Shown here: piece by piece, positions 30,093-39,924 of the stretch
Numbering within the stretch: position 1 is the stretch's first letter
How the letters are laid out: every line of letters starts with the position of its first letter
Assembly: GCA_944392515.1 (NCBI GenBank)
Contig: CALXWV010000002.1
Location: 2,199 to 66,198 of the forward strand
DNA length: 64,000 nt
From: an uncultured Clostridia bacterium
Lineage (GTDB): Bacteria > Bacillota > Clostridia > TANB77 > CAG-508
Direction: 5' to 3'
The notes under the pieces: model-generated
Database searches by the model: none
What the model was told of the DNA's origin: nothing
The model's input: the letters and a program-made list of their open reading frames with translations, nothing else
Made by a program: the position numbers and the translations under genes

Positions 30093-30908
30093 ATGACAAT
30101 TAAACAAGCACTTAACATAGCAAAACAAGATTTAGATAGTATAGATTCTAAAGTATTAATTAGATATATTTTAAAAAAAGAAAATTCATATCTTATTACA
30201 AATATTAATGATGAAATCTCTAAAAAAGATGAGCAAGAATTATTAAGAGCTTTAGAAAAAATAAAAAACGGATATCCACTTCAATATATAACTCATCATC
30301 AAGAATTTTTGGGATTAGATTTTGAGGTTAATGAAGATGTGTTAATACCTCAGCCAGATACAGAGGTACTTGTAGAAAATGCTATAAAAATAATTTTAGA
30401 TAAGTATAGTAATAAAGAAGTGAAAATTCTTGATTTATGCACAGGAAGCGGAGCGATTGCAATTAGTTTAAAAAAGTATTTGCCAAACGCAAAAGTTTAT
30501 GCTTCAGACATAAGTAAAAAGGCAATAGACATTGCCAAAATAAATGCAGAAAAAAATTGTGTTAAAATAAACTTTATTAATTCAAATATGTTTGAAAATA
30601 TTAAAGAAAAGTTTGATATTATTGTAACAAATCCACCATATATAAAAACTGATGAGATAGAAAAACTTTCAAGAAATGTACAAGCAGAACCAAAATTAGC
30701 ATTAGATGGTGGAAAAGATGGACTTGAGTTTTATAAAATAATTGCTAAAGAAGTAAAAAAATATCTAAATGAACATGGTACTTTATTGATGGAAATAGGT
30801 TTTGATCAAGGAAAAGTAGTGGCTGAGTTATTTGAAAACTCAAAATGTATTAAAGATTATGCAAATAATGATAGGGTGGTAATATGGAATCATTCTCAAG
30901 AAAAGTAA
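30093..30908 (+). CDS. prmC: Release-factor glutamine N5-methyltransferase PrmC (HemK)
   Basis: SAM motif LDLCTGSGAIAISL and catalytic NPPY (IVTNPPYI). Confidence 0.85.
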   Translation: MTIKQALNIAKQDLDSIDSKVLIRYILKKENSYLITNINDEISKKDEQELLRALEKIKNGYPLQYITHHQEFLGLDFEVNEDVLIPQPDTEVLVENAIKIILDKYSNKEVKILDLCTGSGAIAISLKKYLPNAKVYASDISKKAIDIAKINAEKNCVKINFINSNMFENIKEKFDIIVTNPPYIKTDEIEKLSRNVQAEPKLALDGGKDGLEFYKIIAKEVKKYLNEHGTLLMEIGFDQGKVVAELFENSKCIKDYANNDRVVIWNHSQEK

Positions 30909-31720
30909 AAGAAGAATTAAGCAAATTAAATAATTTATCTAATAAAAGCCTTGTAAAATTTGAATTACAAGGTTATTTACTAACTAGTAATTCAAATAAG
31001 TTTACTACTGAAAATGAATATAATATAAATAGATTTAGCAAACTTTTGAGTAATAGTGGACTAGATGATTTTAAAATAGAGATGCAAGGAAATAAATTTT
31101 GCATTACTACTAAAAAGAAAATAGAAATAGATCAAGAAATAAATGACATAGAAGAAGCAAAAGCAATTGTAAGAGGTAGTTTTATGGGTGCTGGTTCTAT
31201 AACTGACCCTAAAAGTAAATATCATTTAGAAATAGTTTTTCAAACAGAAGAAAATGCACTTAAAGTAAATCACATTCTTAATCATTTTGAAATAAATAGC
31301 AAAGTCTTAAAAAGAGCAAAAAACTATATTATATACCTAAAAGATGGTGAAGAAATTTCAAAATTTTTAGCTTTTATTGGAGCAAATAGTAGTGTGCTTA
31401 AATTTGAGGAAAATAGAGTTATAAGAGATGTTAGAAATAATGTAAATAGGATAGTAAACTGTGAAACTGCTAACTTAAATAAAGTAATCAAAACTTCTGT
31501 AAAGCAAATAGAAGATATTAAATTTATAAAAAAATGTAATAAATTTAAAGAACTAAGTGAAGGCGAAAAAGAACTGGCTTATTTAAGATTAAATAATCCC
31601 GAATCTTCTTTAACTGAACTTGGAAAAATGTTAGATAATCCAATAAGTAAGTCAGGAGTAAACCATAGAATGAAAGCAATTCAGAAAAAGGCAGAAGAAA
31701 TAAGAAAAAGTCAAATATAA
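30884..31720 (+). CDS. whiA: Sporulation/cell-division transcription factor WhiA (short form, 278 aa)
   Basis: NRIVNCETANLNK and the C-terminal HTH ISKSGVNHRMKAI match WhiA. It is not linked to yvcJ/yvcK here. Confidence 0.85.
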   Translation: MESFSRKVKEELSKLNNLSNKSLVKFELQGYLLTSNSNKFTTENEYNINRFSKLLSNSGLDDFKIEMQGNKFCITTKKKIEIDQEINDIEEAKAIVRGSFMGAGSITDPKSKYHLEIVFQTEENALKVNHILNHFEINSKVLKRAKNYIIYLKDGEEISKFLAFIGANSSVLKFEENRVIRDVRNNVNRIVNCETANLNKVIKTSVKQIEDIKFIKKCNKFKELSEGEKELAYLRLNNPESSLTELGKMLDNPISKSGVNHRMKAIQKKAEEIRKSQI

Positions 31721-31792
31721 AAATAAAAGAAAAAATAATTAAATAAAAAAGTTAAAGAATGAAAAAATCTAAGATTAATAAAAGAGGATAAA

Positions 31793-32932
31793 ATGAAAGA
31801 AATAGGTATATACGTACATATTCCATTTTGCAAAAGCAAATGCTTATATTGTGATTTCAATTCATTTGCAAAAAAAGATGAATGTATTGAACCATATATA
31901 AAATCTTTAATTAAAGAAATAGAAGAATATGCAAAAGTAAATAAAGACATACTAGTTAAAACTATATATATAGGTGGGGGTACGCCATCATATATAAAAG
32001 AAAAGTATATAAAAGAAATTATAAATACAATAAAACAAAATTTTGAAATTATTAAAGATGCTGAAATAACAATTGAAGTTAATCCTGGTACAGTAAATAA
32101 AAGGAAAATGGAATGCTATTATAAATCAGGTATTAATAGGTTAAGCATAGGTCTTCAAAGTTCAAATGATAAACTTTTAAAACTTATTGGAAGAGTACAT
32201 AAATTTGAAGATTTTTTAGAAACTGTAAGAATAGCACAAGCAGTTGGTTTTACTAATATAAATGCAGATTGTATGATTGGACTTCCTACTCAAAACATTT
32301 ATGATATAGAAGAAACACTTAATGTTTTAATTAATTTAAGACTAACTCACATTTCAGTTTACTCACTAATTATAGAACCTAATACTCCAATTGAAAAGAA
32401 AATAAATTCTGGAGAATTAAAATTACCAGATGAAGAAATAGAAAGATATATGTATTGGTTTGCAAAAAGAAAACTTGAAGAAAATGGGTATTTACATTAT
32501 GAAATATCTAATTTTGCAAAACCTTTATTTAGATCAAAACATAATCTGGATTGCTGGAATCAAAAAGAATATAAAGGATTTGGTATTTCTGCTAGTTCTT
32601 ATGAAAATGGAGTTAGATATACCAATATAGAAAAGATAGATACATATATTCAAAATATTGAAAATGGTGACATTAAAGCAAATTCTATTATAGAAGAAAA
32701 ACAAGATAAAGAGGCAATGATGAAAGAATATATGTTATTAGGCTTAAGAAAAATAACGGGAGTAGACATTAATGAATTTATAAAAAAGTTTGCAATTTCT
32801 CCTCTATATAAATTTAATAAAAAAATTACAAAACTTCTTAGAGAAGGCTTAATTGAAGTAAATGAACATAGTATTAGACTTAGTAAGAAAGGTTTGGATT
32901 TAGCCAATATTGTGTGGGAAGAATTTGTCTAA
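31793..32932 (+). CDS. hemW: Radical SAM heme chaperone HemW (HemN-like, oxygen-independent coproporphyrinogen oxidase family)
   Basis: CxxxCxxC (HIPFCKSKCLYCDFNS) plus a HemN C-terminal domain. Confidence 0.85.
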   Translation: MKEIGIYVHIPFCKSKCLYCDFNSFAKKDECIEPYIKSLIKEIEEYAKVNKDILVKTIYIGGGTPSYIKEKYIKEIINTIKQNFEIIKDAEITIEVNPGTVNKRKMECYYKSGINRLSIGLQSSNDKLLKLIGRVHKFEDFLETVRIAQAVGFTNINADCMIGLPTQNIYDIEETLNVLINLRLTHISVYSLIIEPNTPIEKKINSGELKLPDEEIERYMYWFAKRKLEENGYLHYEISNFAKPLFRSKHNLDCWNQKEYKGFGISASSYENGVRYTNIEKIDTYIQNIENGDIKANSIIEEKQDKEAMMKEYMLLGLRKITGVDINEFIKKFAISPLYKFNKKITKLLREGLIEVNEHSIRLSKKGLDLANIVWEEFV

Positions 32933-32937
32933 AAATC

Positions 32938-33077
32938 TTGACAAGACTTATAAAAATATAGTATAATATATAACTGTAAACCGCCTAAGTCGGGTAGCTA
33001 AATTCTAGCTATATTGCTAGATACCTTGCATTTATGCTTAGCGAGTATGAGAACGGAGGAGGTGCGACTAGAGCCCT
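32938..33077 (+). promoter_or_regulatory. rplU promoter (TTGACA-18-TATAAT) and structured ribosomal protein L21 leader
   Basis: Consensus hexamers at 32938-32943 and 32962-32967, then a ~100-nt GC-enriched leader with paired segments before the rplU ATG. The position matches the known L21 leader motif of Firmicutes. Confidence 0.5.
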
Positions 33078-33395
33078 ATGTACGCAATAATAGAAAGTTG
33101 TGGAAAACAATACAAAGTATCTGAAGGAGATGTTGTTTACTTTGAAAAATTAGATACAGAAGAAGGTAAAAAAGTTACATTTGATAATGTAATACTTGTA
33201 TCTGATGACAAAAATGTAAAAGTAGGAACTCCTTATGTAAAAGGTTGCAAAGTTGAAGGAACTGTAGTAGCTCATGGTAAAGGAAAGAAGATTATAGTTT
33301 ACAAATACAAAGCTAAGAAAAACTACAGAAGAACTCAAGGACATAGACAACCATATACTAAGGTTGAAATTAAATCAATCAAAGTAGCTGAATAA
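33078..33395 (+). CDS. rplU: 50S ribosomal protein L21
   Basis: [20 protein letters not shown]... Confidence 0.95.
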   Translation: MYAIIESCGKQYKVSEGDVVYFEKLDTEEGKKVTFDNVILVSDDKNVKVGTPYVKGCKVEGTVVAHGKGKKIIVYKYKAKKNYRRTQGHRQPYTKVEIKSIKVAE

Positions 33396-33489
33396 TTTGA
33401 AATAAAATTATTAAAATATTTATTACTAAAAAACAAATTATTAAGTGGCAAAAGCCATATATTAGTTATTAAAGGTAGGTGAAAAACAC

Positions 33490-33819
33490 ATGGCACATCA
33501 TAAAGGTCAAGGTAGTACCGATAACGGAAGAGATAGTGAGTCAAAGAGACTTGGTATAAAGAGAGCTGATGGTCAATTAGTAAATGCAGGAAACATTTTA
33601 TTCAGACAAAGAGGAACAAAAATGCATCCAGGCACTAATGTTGGAATCGGAAGCGATGACACTTTATATGCAAAAGTTACTGGTATAATGAAAGTTGAAA
33701 GACTTGGAAGAGATAAAAAGAAAATTAGCGTTTACCCACAAGTTGAAGTAAAAGCTGAAAAATCTGCTAAAGAAGTAAAAAAAGCAAAAGAGACAAAAAC
33801 TTCTAAAGCAACAAAATAA
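33490..33819 (+). CDS. rpmA: 50S ribosomal protein L27 (mature-type N-terminus MAHHKG..., Lys-rich C-terminal extension)
   Basis: [18 protein letters not shown] is the L27 core. No N-terminal propeptide and no prp gene between rplU and rpmA. Confidence 0.9.
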   Translation: MAHHKGQGSTDNGRDSESKRLGIKRADGQLVNAGNILFRQRGTKMHPGTNVGIGSDDTLYAKVTGIMKVERLGRDKKKISVYPQVEVKAEKSAKEVKKAKETKTSKATK

Positions 33820-33830
33820 ATATTTAATGA

Positions 33831-33865
33831 AGAAACATTGGATTTAACTGATGTTTCTTTTTTAT
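33831..33865 (+). terminator. Rho-independent terminator after rpmA
   Basis: agaaacat...atgtttct stem followed by TTTTTT. Confidence 0.7.
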
Positions 33866-34018
33866 ATAAAAATGTAACAAATATGTAATATAAAATTGGT
33901 TGAAAAACAATGTATATTATTATATAATAGATGCAAAATAAAATAGAAACTACATAAAAAATACTAATGATTTAATTAAGATACATAATATTAATAAAAG
34001 AACAAATGAAGGTAATAT

Positions 34019-35752
34019 ATGAATAAATTTGATTTAGAAAGATATAAAAAAGAAAAGGAAGAATATGATAAAAAAATAAGAAGTTTGGATTACAAAGTAG
34101 TCGAAACTTCTGTTGAGATGTATAATGCCAAAAGTCGAAAATCTCAATTTGAAGAAGATGGCGAAAATAGCGTAGTAACTGAATTAAAAAACAAAATAGA
34201 CTATTATGAATTAGAAAAAGCTAATTTGACAAAAGAAATATGGAATAAAGTAGTTTCTATAAAAGAAAAATTAAGAGAAATAATAAACAATAAAATAATA
34301 GAAAATCCAAGTGAAAAGAATAATTATCTTATAGCAATATTTAAAATTAATAAAATAACAGATGTTTATTTTAATGTAGACGAATTATTGGAATTAGCAT
34401 ATTTGTTAGAAGATACAACAAATGAAAATATAACAGAACCTCAGATAGATATGAAAACGGATGTGAAAGGTCTAGACACAAATTTAACTGAAGCAACAGC
34501 TAATATAGAAAAAAATAGTGAAATTACAAAAGAAAAAACAATAAATTTGGAAAAAATAAAAAAGATAGAAAAAATACCAATAGAAAAAGAGTTAGGTGAA
34601 GAAAAAGAGCAAGTATTTTTAATAAAAAATAATAATTCATTATTACCAATAAATAATGAAAAGAATCTAGCGATAGTTTCAAAACCTATAATAGAGGAAA
34701 AGAAAGAAATAATACCAGAAGAATCCTTAAAAGAAGAATCTATATTAGAGATTAATAGGATAAAAGAACAAGGTAATCAAGAAGAAACACCTATTAAGCA
34801 AGTAAATGAAGAAAATTTAGAAAATAAATTTGAAAAAGTTAAGACTGTACAAATATTTAATATTGAAGAACAAAGAGTAATAGATTTTGAAAATTTATTG
34901 AATCATATAGAAAAAACTTCTAAAGATTACAGATTAGATATAGAAAGAGTACTTGACAGATTTATTAGTAATTATAAAATTGTAAAGAATATTGAGTATT
35001 TACAAAATGATTTTGATAATATAACTAATAACTATTTAGAAATATTTAAAGAATTGATTTCTAAGTTTAAAAAAGATGAAAGTTTAGAATCTCTTGAAAA
35101 TAGAATTGAAACTCAAAGAGAGAAAATAACTGAATTGGACAAAAGAATACTTAATAATAATATTGAAATGAAGGAATTTCAAAGGCAAATGCAGGATTTA
35201 GCAAAAGTATATTTTGTAAAAAACTATGTAAAGAAAGTACAAATGCAAGTAGCTAAAGCACAAGGTAATCAAGAAATAAATGAAAAAGATACTGTAAATG
35301 TCGATAATATTTTTGTACCACAAAAAGATAGTGAAAACATTTTAGAAAATAATGTTTTTTTAAAAATAAAAAAATTATCTTATAATAAAAGGTTAAGCCA
35401 TATAATAGAAGTAAGCAAATGGACAAATAATGTTGAAGAAAAAATAAAATATTTAGATTTTGAAGAATCAGATTTTCAATTTATAATATACTTAATAAGA
35501 CAAACAGAAAATGTGTGTAATTCAAATTTTGAACAGATAGCAAACTTAATCATTAATTTTTGTGATTCTAATTTACAACTTGAGGATATTGAAAAAGTAG
35601 TAAAGTATAGAAATAAAAGGTTAGAAGATGAAACAATATTAGCTCAAATACTAAAAGTCGGAATTGAAAATATAAAAAAGAGATATTCAAAAATACCTTT
35701 TATAGGAAGAAAAGTATCATCAATTTTAAGTGTAAAGATGTTAGATAAATAA
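34019..35752 (+). CDS. Hypothetical 577-aa Lys/Glu/Asn-rich coiled-coil protein
   Basis: Long ORF in the position usually occupied by obg. No TM segment and no recognisable domain. Confidence 0.5.
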   Translation: MNKFDLERYKKEKEEYDKKIRSLDYKVVETSVEMYNAKSRKSQFEEDGENSVVTELKNKIDYYELEKANLTKEIWNKVVSIKEKLREIINNKIIENPSEKNNYLIAIFKINKITDVYFNVDELLELAYLLEDTTNENITEPQIDMKTDVKGLDTNLTEATANIEKNSEITKEKTINLEKIKKIEKIPIEKELGEEKEQVFLIKNNNSLLPINNEKNLAIVSKPIIEEKKEIIPEESLKEESILEINRIKEQGNQEETPIKQVNEENLENKFEKVKTVQIFNIEEQRVIDFENLLNHIEKTSKDYRLDIERVLDRFISNYKIVKNIEYLQNDFDNITNNYLEIFKELISKFKKDESLESLENRIETQREKITELDKRILNNNIEMKEFQRQMQDLAKVYFVKNYVKKVQMQVAKAQGNQEINEKDTVNVDNIFVPQKDSENILENNVFLKIKKLSYNKRLSHIIEVSKWTNNVEEKIKYLDFEESDFQFIIYLIRQTENVCNSNFEQIANLIINFCDSNLQLEDIEKVVKYRNKRLEDETILAQILKVGIENIKKRYSKIPFIGRKVSSILSVKMLDK

Positions 35753-35794
35753 AAAATTTCCGCCATAGGATTATCCTAAAGCGGAAATTTTTGT

Positions 35795-38200
35795 TTATAC
35801 ATTTTTATATAGATTACCATAAGTATAATCTTTTGATGAAAAAATTTTGCGGTCTTTTACTGTTTTTATTGCATTATTTATTTCTTCAATATTCTCATCT
35901 AAAATGCTGATTCTAACAGAGCTTGGATTTATATTTTCATAAGGAATAGAAGTGATTTTGCTATTATAGATAGTAGTAATTGTTTGAATGTTATCTGGAA
36001 CAATTCTAAATTTATATCCTAGTCTATCTTTGATATAATATTTTAAATTATCAATGCACCTCATATTACACTTTGGATAACATTTATTTGAACTACCTAG
36101 TAAACAATATCCCATATTCATTACAGGAAGTTTTCCATAAACAATAAGCTCTACATCAGTAAAGGAATTATTACATAATTTTATTAAAGATGTTTCATCT
36201 AATTCTGGTGATATAGTAATAACATTAATCCCTTGATTATAAAGTTCTCTTATTGTATGAGTATTAAATACATTTAACGTATAGTTTCCAATTAATTCAA
36301 GCTTTCCTATATATTTATTTAATGAGGTTATACTTGATAAATTTGATGCAACAATTCCTTTAATATTAAAATCTTTAATATATTTATCTAGACCATTATA
36401 TATAATGTTTCTATAATTATCTTTTATAATAGTAGGCATATAAACAAATAAATCAGAGCTATTAGATAAATATTTTATAATATTTTTATATTCTTTTTTT
36501 GCAAAGAATTTTAATGGAATATATATCTTATCAGTATATAGTAATTTCGAATAATCAAAAGATAAATCTAAATTATTTAATAATAAGCTGATTTTAGGAA
36601 TATTATTATGTTTAATATTTAAAGATTTAACAGTTAAATCTTTAATATTTGGTAATACCCTTTCAAACTTATTTATTGCTAAATTTTCTAATTCTTTAAG
36701 GCAATCTCTTCTTAAAGAATTTAATGCTGAAATCTTAGGCAGATATGTATTTTTATCTAAATCGACATCTATTTTTGTAAATTCAAAAGGAGTATCTGTA
36801 GTTTTAGAAAGTTGATCTATAATTCTTTCTTTAGAAATTGGATTACTAATAGCATCAATAGGAATTATATCAGAAGATTTTGAAATTTCCATAGAAGAAT
36901 AAATACCATTATCTAAAGATTTTACTTCGAGAGTGACAGGTAGGCCTTTTTTTATTGTGATTTTACAAGATAGGGGAACTTTTATATTTTCTGCTTTATA
37001 ATATTCAGCAATAGATTTACTTAAAGATTTACTACTTAATTTATAAATTTTATCACCAAGTGAAATATTACCTTTCATTCTGCCAATAGTAATCAAATCA
37101 CCTTCAAGCGCTCTAGTAATATTTTGCTTGTTTTTCATAAGCTCAGTTACTGTATATTTATGAGCTTCTTTTTCTAAAGAAATACTATCACCAATACTTA
37201 AGGTTTCAGTTGTTTTAAAAGTTATAAGTCCTTTATTTTTATTAATAGCTGAAACGTTACCAACATATAGTCCCATATTGTTAGGTTTTTCTTTATAAAC
37301 ATAGTTTAAATTTTCTTCATCACTCAAGTTCCCAGTAGAAAATCCACCTCTATTAAATACTTGCATAAGTTTCTTTATATCATTATCATCAATCTTGTAT
37401 TCTATATCACTTAAGGCTAAATCAATATATTTTCTATATATACTTGTTACAACTGCAACATATTCAGGTGTTTTCATTCTTCCTTCAATTTTAAATGATG
37501 TAACACCTGCTTTAATTAAATCAGGAATATATTTCAATGAACATAAATCCCTAGGGCTTAATAAATAGCCTTTATCTATTAATTTATTATTTTCATCTAT
37601 AAGTTCATAGGGAAGCCTACAAGGTTGTGCACATCTTCCTCTGTTACCAGACCTTGCACCAATTGTACTAGATAGCAGGCATTGACCCGAGTAAGATATA
37701 CAAAGTGCACCGTGAGCAAAAACTTCTATTTCAACATTAGAGTTAGAACAAATATATTCTATTTCAGATAAGCTTAATTCTCTAGAAAGTACAACTCTTT
37801 TAAAGCCTAATTTTTGAAGAGCAAGTACGCCTTGAAGATTATGTATTGTCATTTGAGTACTAGCATGTACATCCATTCCAGGTAAATTATTAATTATATA
37901 TCTAGCTAGGCCTAAATCTTGTACAATAATAGCATCTGCACCTAGAGTATATACATATTTTGCAAGTTCTACAGCATCTTTAAACTCATCATCTTTAATC
38001 AAAGTGTTTAGAGCAAAGTTTATTTTTACATTTCTCAATTTTGCATATCTAATTGCTTCTTTTAAGCTATCTTTGTCAAAATTAGTAGCAGAAGATCTTG
38101 CATTAAAACTGCTTCCACCTAAATAAACACTATCTGCTCCATTCTGTACTGCTGCTTTAAGACATTCAAAATCTCCTACTGGAGATAAAAGTTCAACCAT
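35795..38200 (-). CDS. Peptidase U32 family protein (long, collagenase-like form)
   Basis: N-terminal MVELLSPVGDFECLKAAVQNGADSVYLGG... and the conserved U32 core (E..AGV..FKIEGR). Confidence 0.85.
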   Translation of the reverse strand: MVELLSPVGDFECLKAAVQNGADSVYLGGSSFNARSSATNFDKDSLKEAIRYAKLRNVKINFALNTLIKDDEFKDAVELAKYVYTLGADAIIVQDLGLARYIINNLPGMDVHASTQMTIHNLQGVLALQKLGFKRVVLSRELSLSEIEYICSNSNVEIEVFAHGALCISYSGQCLLSSTIGARSGNRGRCAQPCRLPYELIDENNKLIDKGYLLSPRDLCSLKYIPDLIKAGVTSFKIEGRMKTPEYVAVVTSIYRKYIDLALSDIEYKIDDNDIKKLMQVFNRGGFSTGNLSDEENLNYVYKEKPNNMGLYVGNVSAINKNKGLITFKTTETLSIGDSISLEKEAHKYTVTELMKNKQNITRALEGDLITIGRMKGNISLGDKIYKLSSKSLSKSIAEYYKAENIKVPLSCKITIKKGLPVTLEVKSLDNGIYSSMEISKSSDIIPIDAISNPISKERIIDQLSKTTDTPFEFTKIDVDLDKNTYLPKISALNSLRRDCLKELENLAINKFERVLPNIKDLTVKSLNIKHNNIPKISLLLNNLDLSFDYSKLLYTDKIYIPLKFFAKKEYKNIIKYLSNSSDLFVYMPTIIKDNYRNIIYNGLDKYIKDFNIKGIVASNLSSITSLNKYIGKLELIGNYTLNVFNTHTIRELYNQGINVITISPELDETSLIKLCNNSFTDVELIVYGKLPVMNMGYCLLGSSNKCYPKCNMRCIDNLKYYIKDRLGYKFRIVPDNIQTITTIYNSKITSIPYENINPSSVRISILDENIEEINNAIKTVKDRKIFSSKDYTYGNLYKNV

Positions 38201-38436
38201 AATTTTATCCTTTTATTTGTATTTAGGTTTTTAGTTAGGTACCTATAAACCTTGTTATGAGATTTGAAAACTTATAAAAAATTTAAAATCTCCTTAAATA
38301 TTGTAACACAAATTTAATAAAAAACATACTATATGTTATAAAAATGTTTAAGTGAATATATAAATGCAATTTAAAATATTATTTTACATAAAAAACATAT
38401 TTTTATTGCTATATTTACTTGGAAAGCGAGGAGTAT

Positions 38437-38580
38437 ATGAATGATGGATTAAATTGTTGCTGTAATAACAATGGCGGTGGACTTTTTAGAATGGGAGGAA
38501 GCAATTCAGAAATATTATTATTCCTAGTAGTCTTTTTATTATTATTTACTAACTTTGGATGTTGTGGGTGTGGAAATTAA
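38437..38580 (+). CDS. Unannotated 47-aa Cys/Gly-rich tiny transmembrane peptide (YjcZ-like 'tiny_TM' sporulation family candidate): MNDGLNCCCNNNGGGLFRMGGSNSEILLFLVVFLLLFTNFGCCGCGN
   Basis: AGGAG RBS then the ATG at 38437. Central hydrophobic helix flanked by CCC and CCGCG clusters. A hairpin terminator overlaps the stop (gtgtgg-aaattaatt-ccacac + TTTTTT, 38568-38594). Confidence 0.5.
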   Translation: MNDGLNCCCNNNGGGLFRMGGSNSEILLFLVVFLLLFTNFGCCGCGN

Positions 38581-38783
38581 TTCCACACTTTTTTAACATT
38601 TTATACAAAGTAAAGATAAAATAAGTGAATTTTTATATTAGATACTAAGTATATCAAGGCTTGTAAAATTTATTGAATTATTGACTAATAAATAATAAAA
38701 AATTATAATAAGACTGATATTATAATGATGTAGAAGATAGAAAACTAATCAAACAACTAATATAAAAAATTAAAAGGTGAAAA

Positions 38784-39722
38784 ATGGAAAGATATAGACA
38801 TTTAAATACATATTTAAAAGAAAAATTTGGAGAAAGAACTTTAAAAATACCAATAGATGGAGGATTTACTTGCCCAAATAGAGATGGAAAAGTAGGATAT
38901 GGGGGGTGCATATTTTGCACCAAAAGAGGTTCAGGAGAACATTTAAAATTAAAACCAATTCCAGAACAAGTAAAAGACCATTTAGAAAGTTATAAAGGTA
39001 AAAGAGCAAATAAATTTATAGTTTACTTTCAAAATTTTACTAATACTTATGATAGTGCAGAAAGTTTAAAAGAAAAATATGATAGTGCACTTATAGATGA
39101 TAGAATTGTTGGGATAGATATTGCTACAAGACCTGATTGCATTAATGAAGATATATGCAAATTATTACAGAGCTATACAAATAATCCTATTGCAAATGAA
39201 GATTGCATAGATAAAAATATGAAAAGTTATTCTATAACAGTTGAACTAGGACTCCAAACAAGTAATGATGAGACTGCAAAAATAATAAATAGAGGATATC
39301 CATTAGAAATCTTTACGAAAGCTGTTAATTTATTAAATAAATATAAAATAGATGTGGTTGTACATATTATGATAGGTTTGCCAAATGAAACAGACGAAGA
39401 CATAGAAAATACTGTAAAATATATTAATAGTTTAAATATACAAGGAATTAAAATTCATTCAACATATGTTGCAAAAAATACAGTTTTAGAAAAGTGGTAT
39501 AGAGATGGTAAATATACACCATTAACTTTAGATGAATACTTAAATAAATTATTATATGTTATTACACATTTAAGAAAAAATATTATAATTCATAGAATTT
39601 CAGGGGATGCACCAAAAGATTTACTAGTTGCTCCCACTTGGAACAGTCATAAAAAATGGGTATTAAATGGATTAGATAAAATAATGATGGAACAAAATAG
39701 ATTTCAAGGAGATAGTTATTAG
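38784..39722 (+). CDS. Radical SAM protein of the TIGR01212/YhcC family
   Basis: N-terminal PIDGGFTCPNRDGKVGYGGCIFC cysteine motif. Confidence 0.8.
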   Translation: MERYRHLNTYLKEKFGERTLKIPIDGGFTCPNRDGKVGYGGCIFCTKRGSGEHLKLKPIPEQVKDHLESYKGKRANKFIVYFQNFTNTYDSAESLKEKYDSALIDDRIVGIDIATRPDCINEDICKLLQSYTNNPIANEDCIDKNMKSYSITVELGLQTSNDETAKIINRGYPLEIFTKAVNLLNKYKIDVVVHIMIGLPNETDEDIENTVKYINSLNIQGIKIHSTYVAKNTVLEKWYRDGKYTPLTLDEYLNKLLYVITHLRKNIIIHRISGDAPKDLLVAPTWNSHKKWVLNGLDKIMMEQNRFQGDSY

Positions 39723-39924
39723 ATAATATAAATCTTATAAAATTAATATAGGATAAAATAAAAAATGAAATGTGAAAAGAAAACTAATAGAAATAATTTT
39801 TAAATTAAAAAATTATAAAAAATTAAATAAAAATTTGCTAAATTATTTGACAAATGATTTTTGTTATTAGATAATATACATAGGCAAAAACTAAAGAGCT
39901 AAAAATTACTAAGGAGGAAATATT

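Noticed and set aside
35795-38200. Possibility that the long U32 peptidase is two fused genes
   Set aside because: The frame is continuous with no internal stop or RBS. Long ~800-aa U32 forms are known in clostridia.
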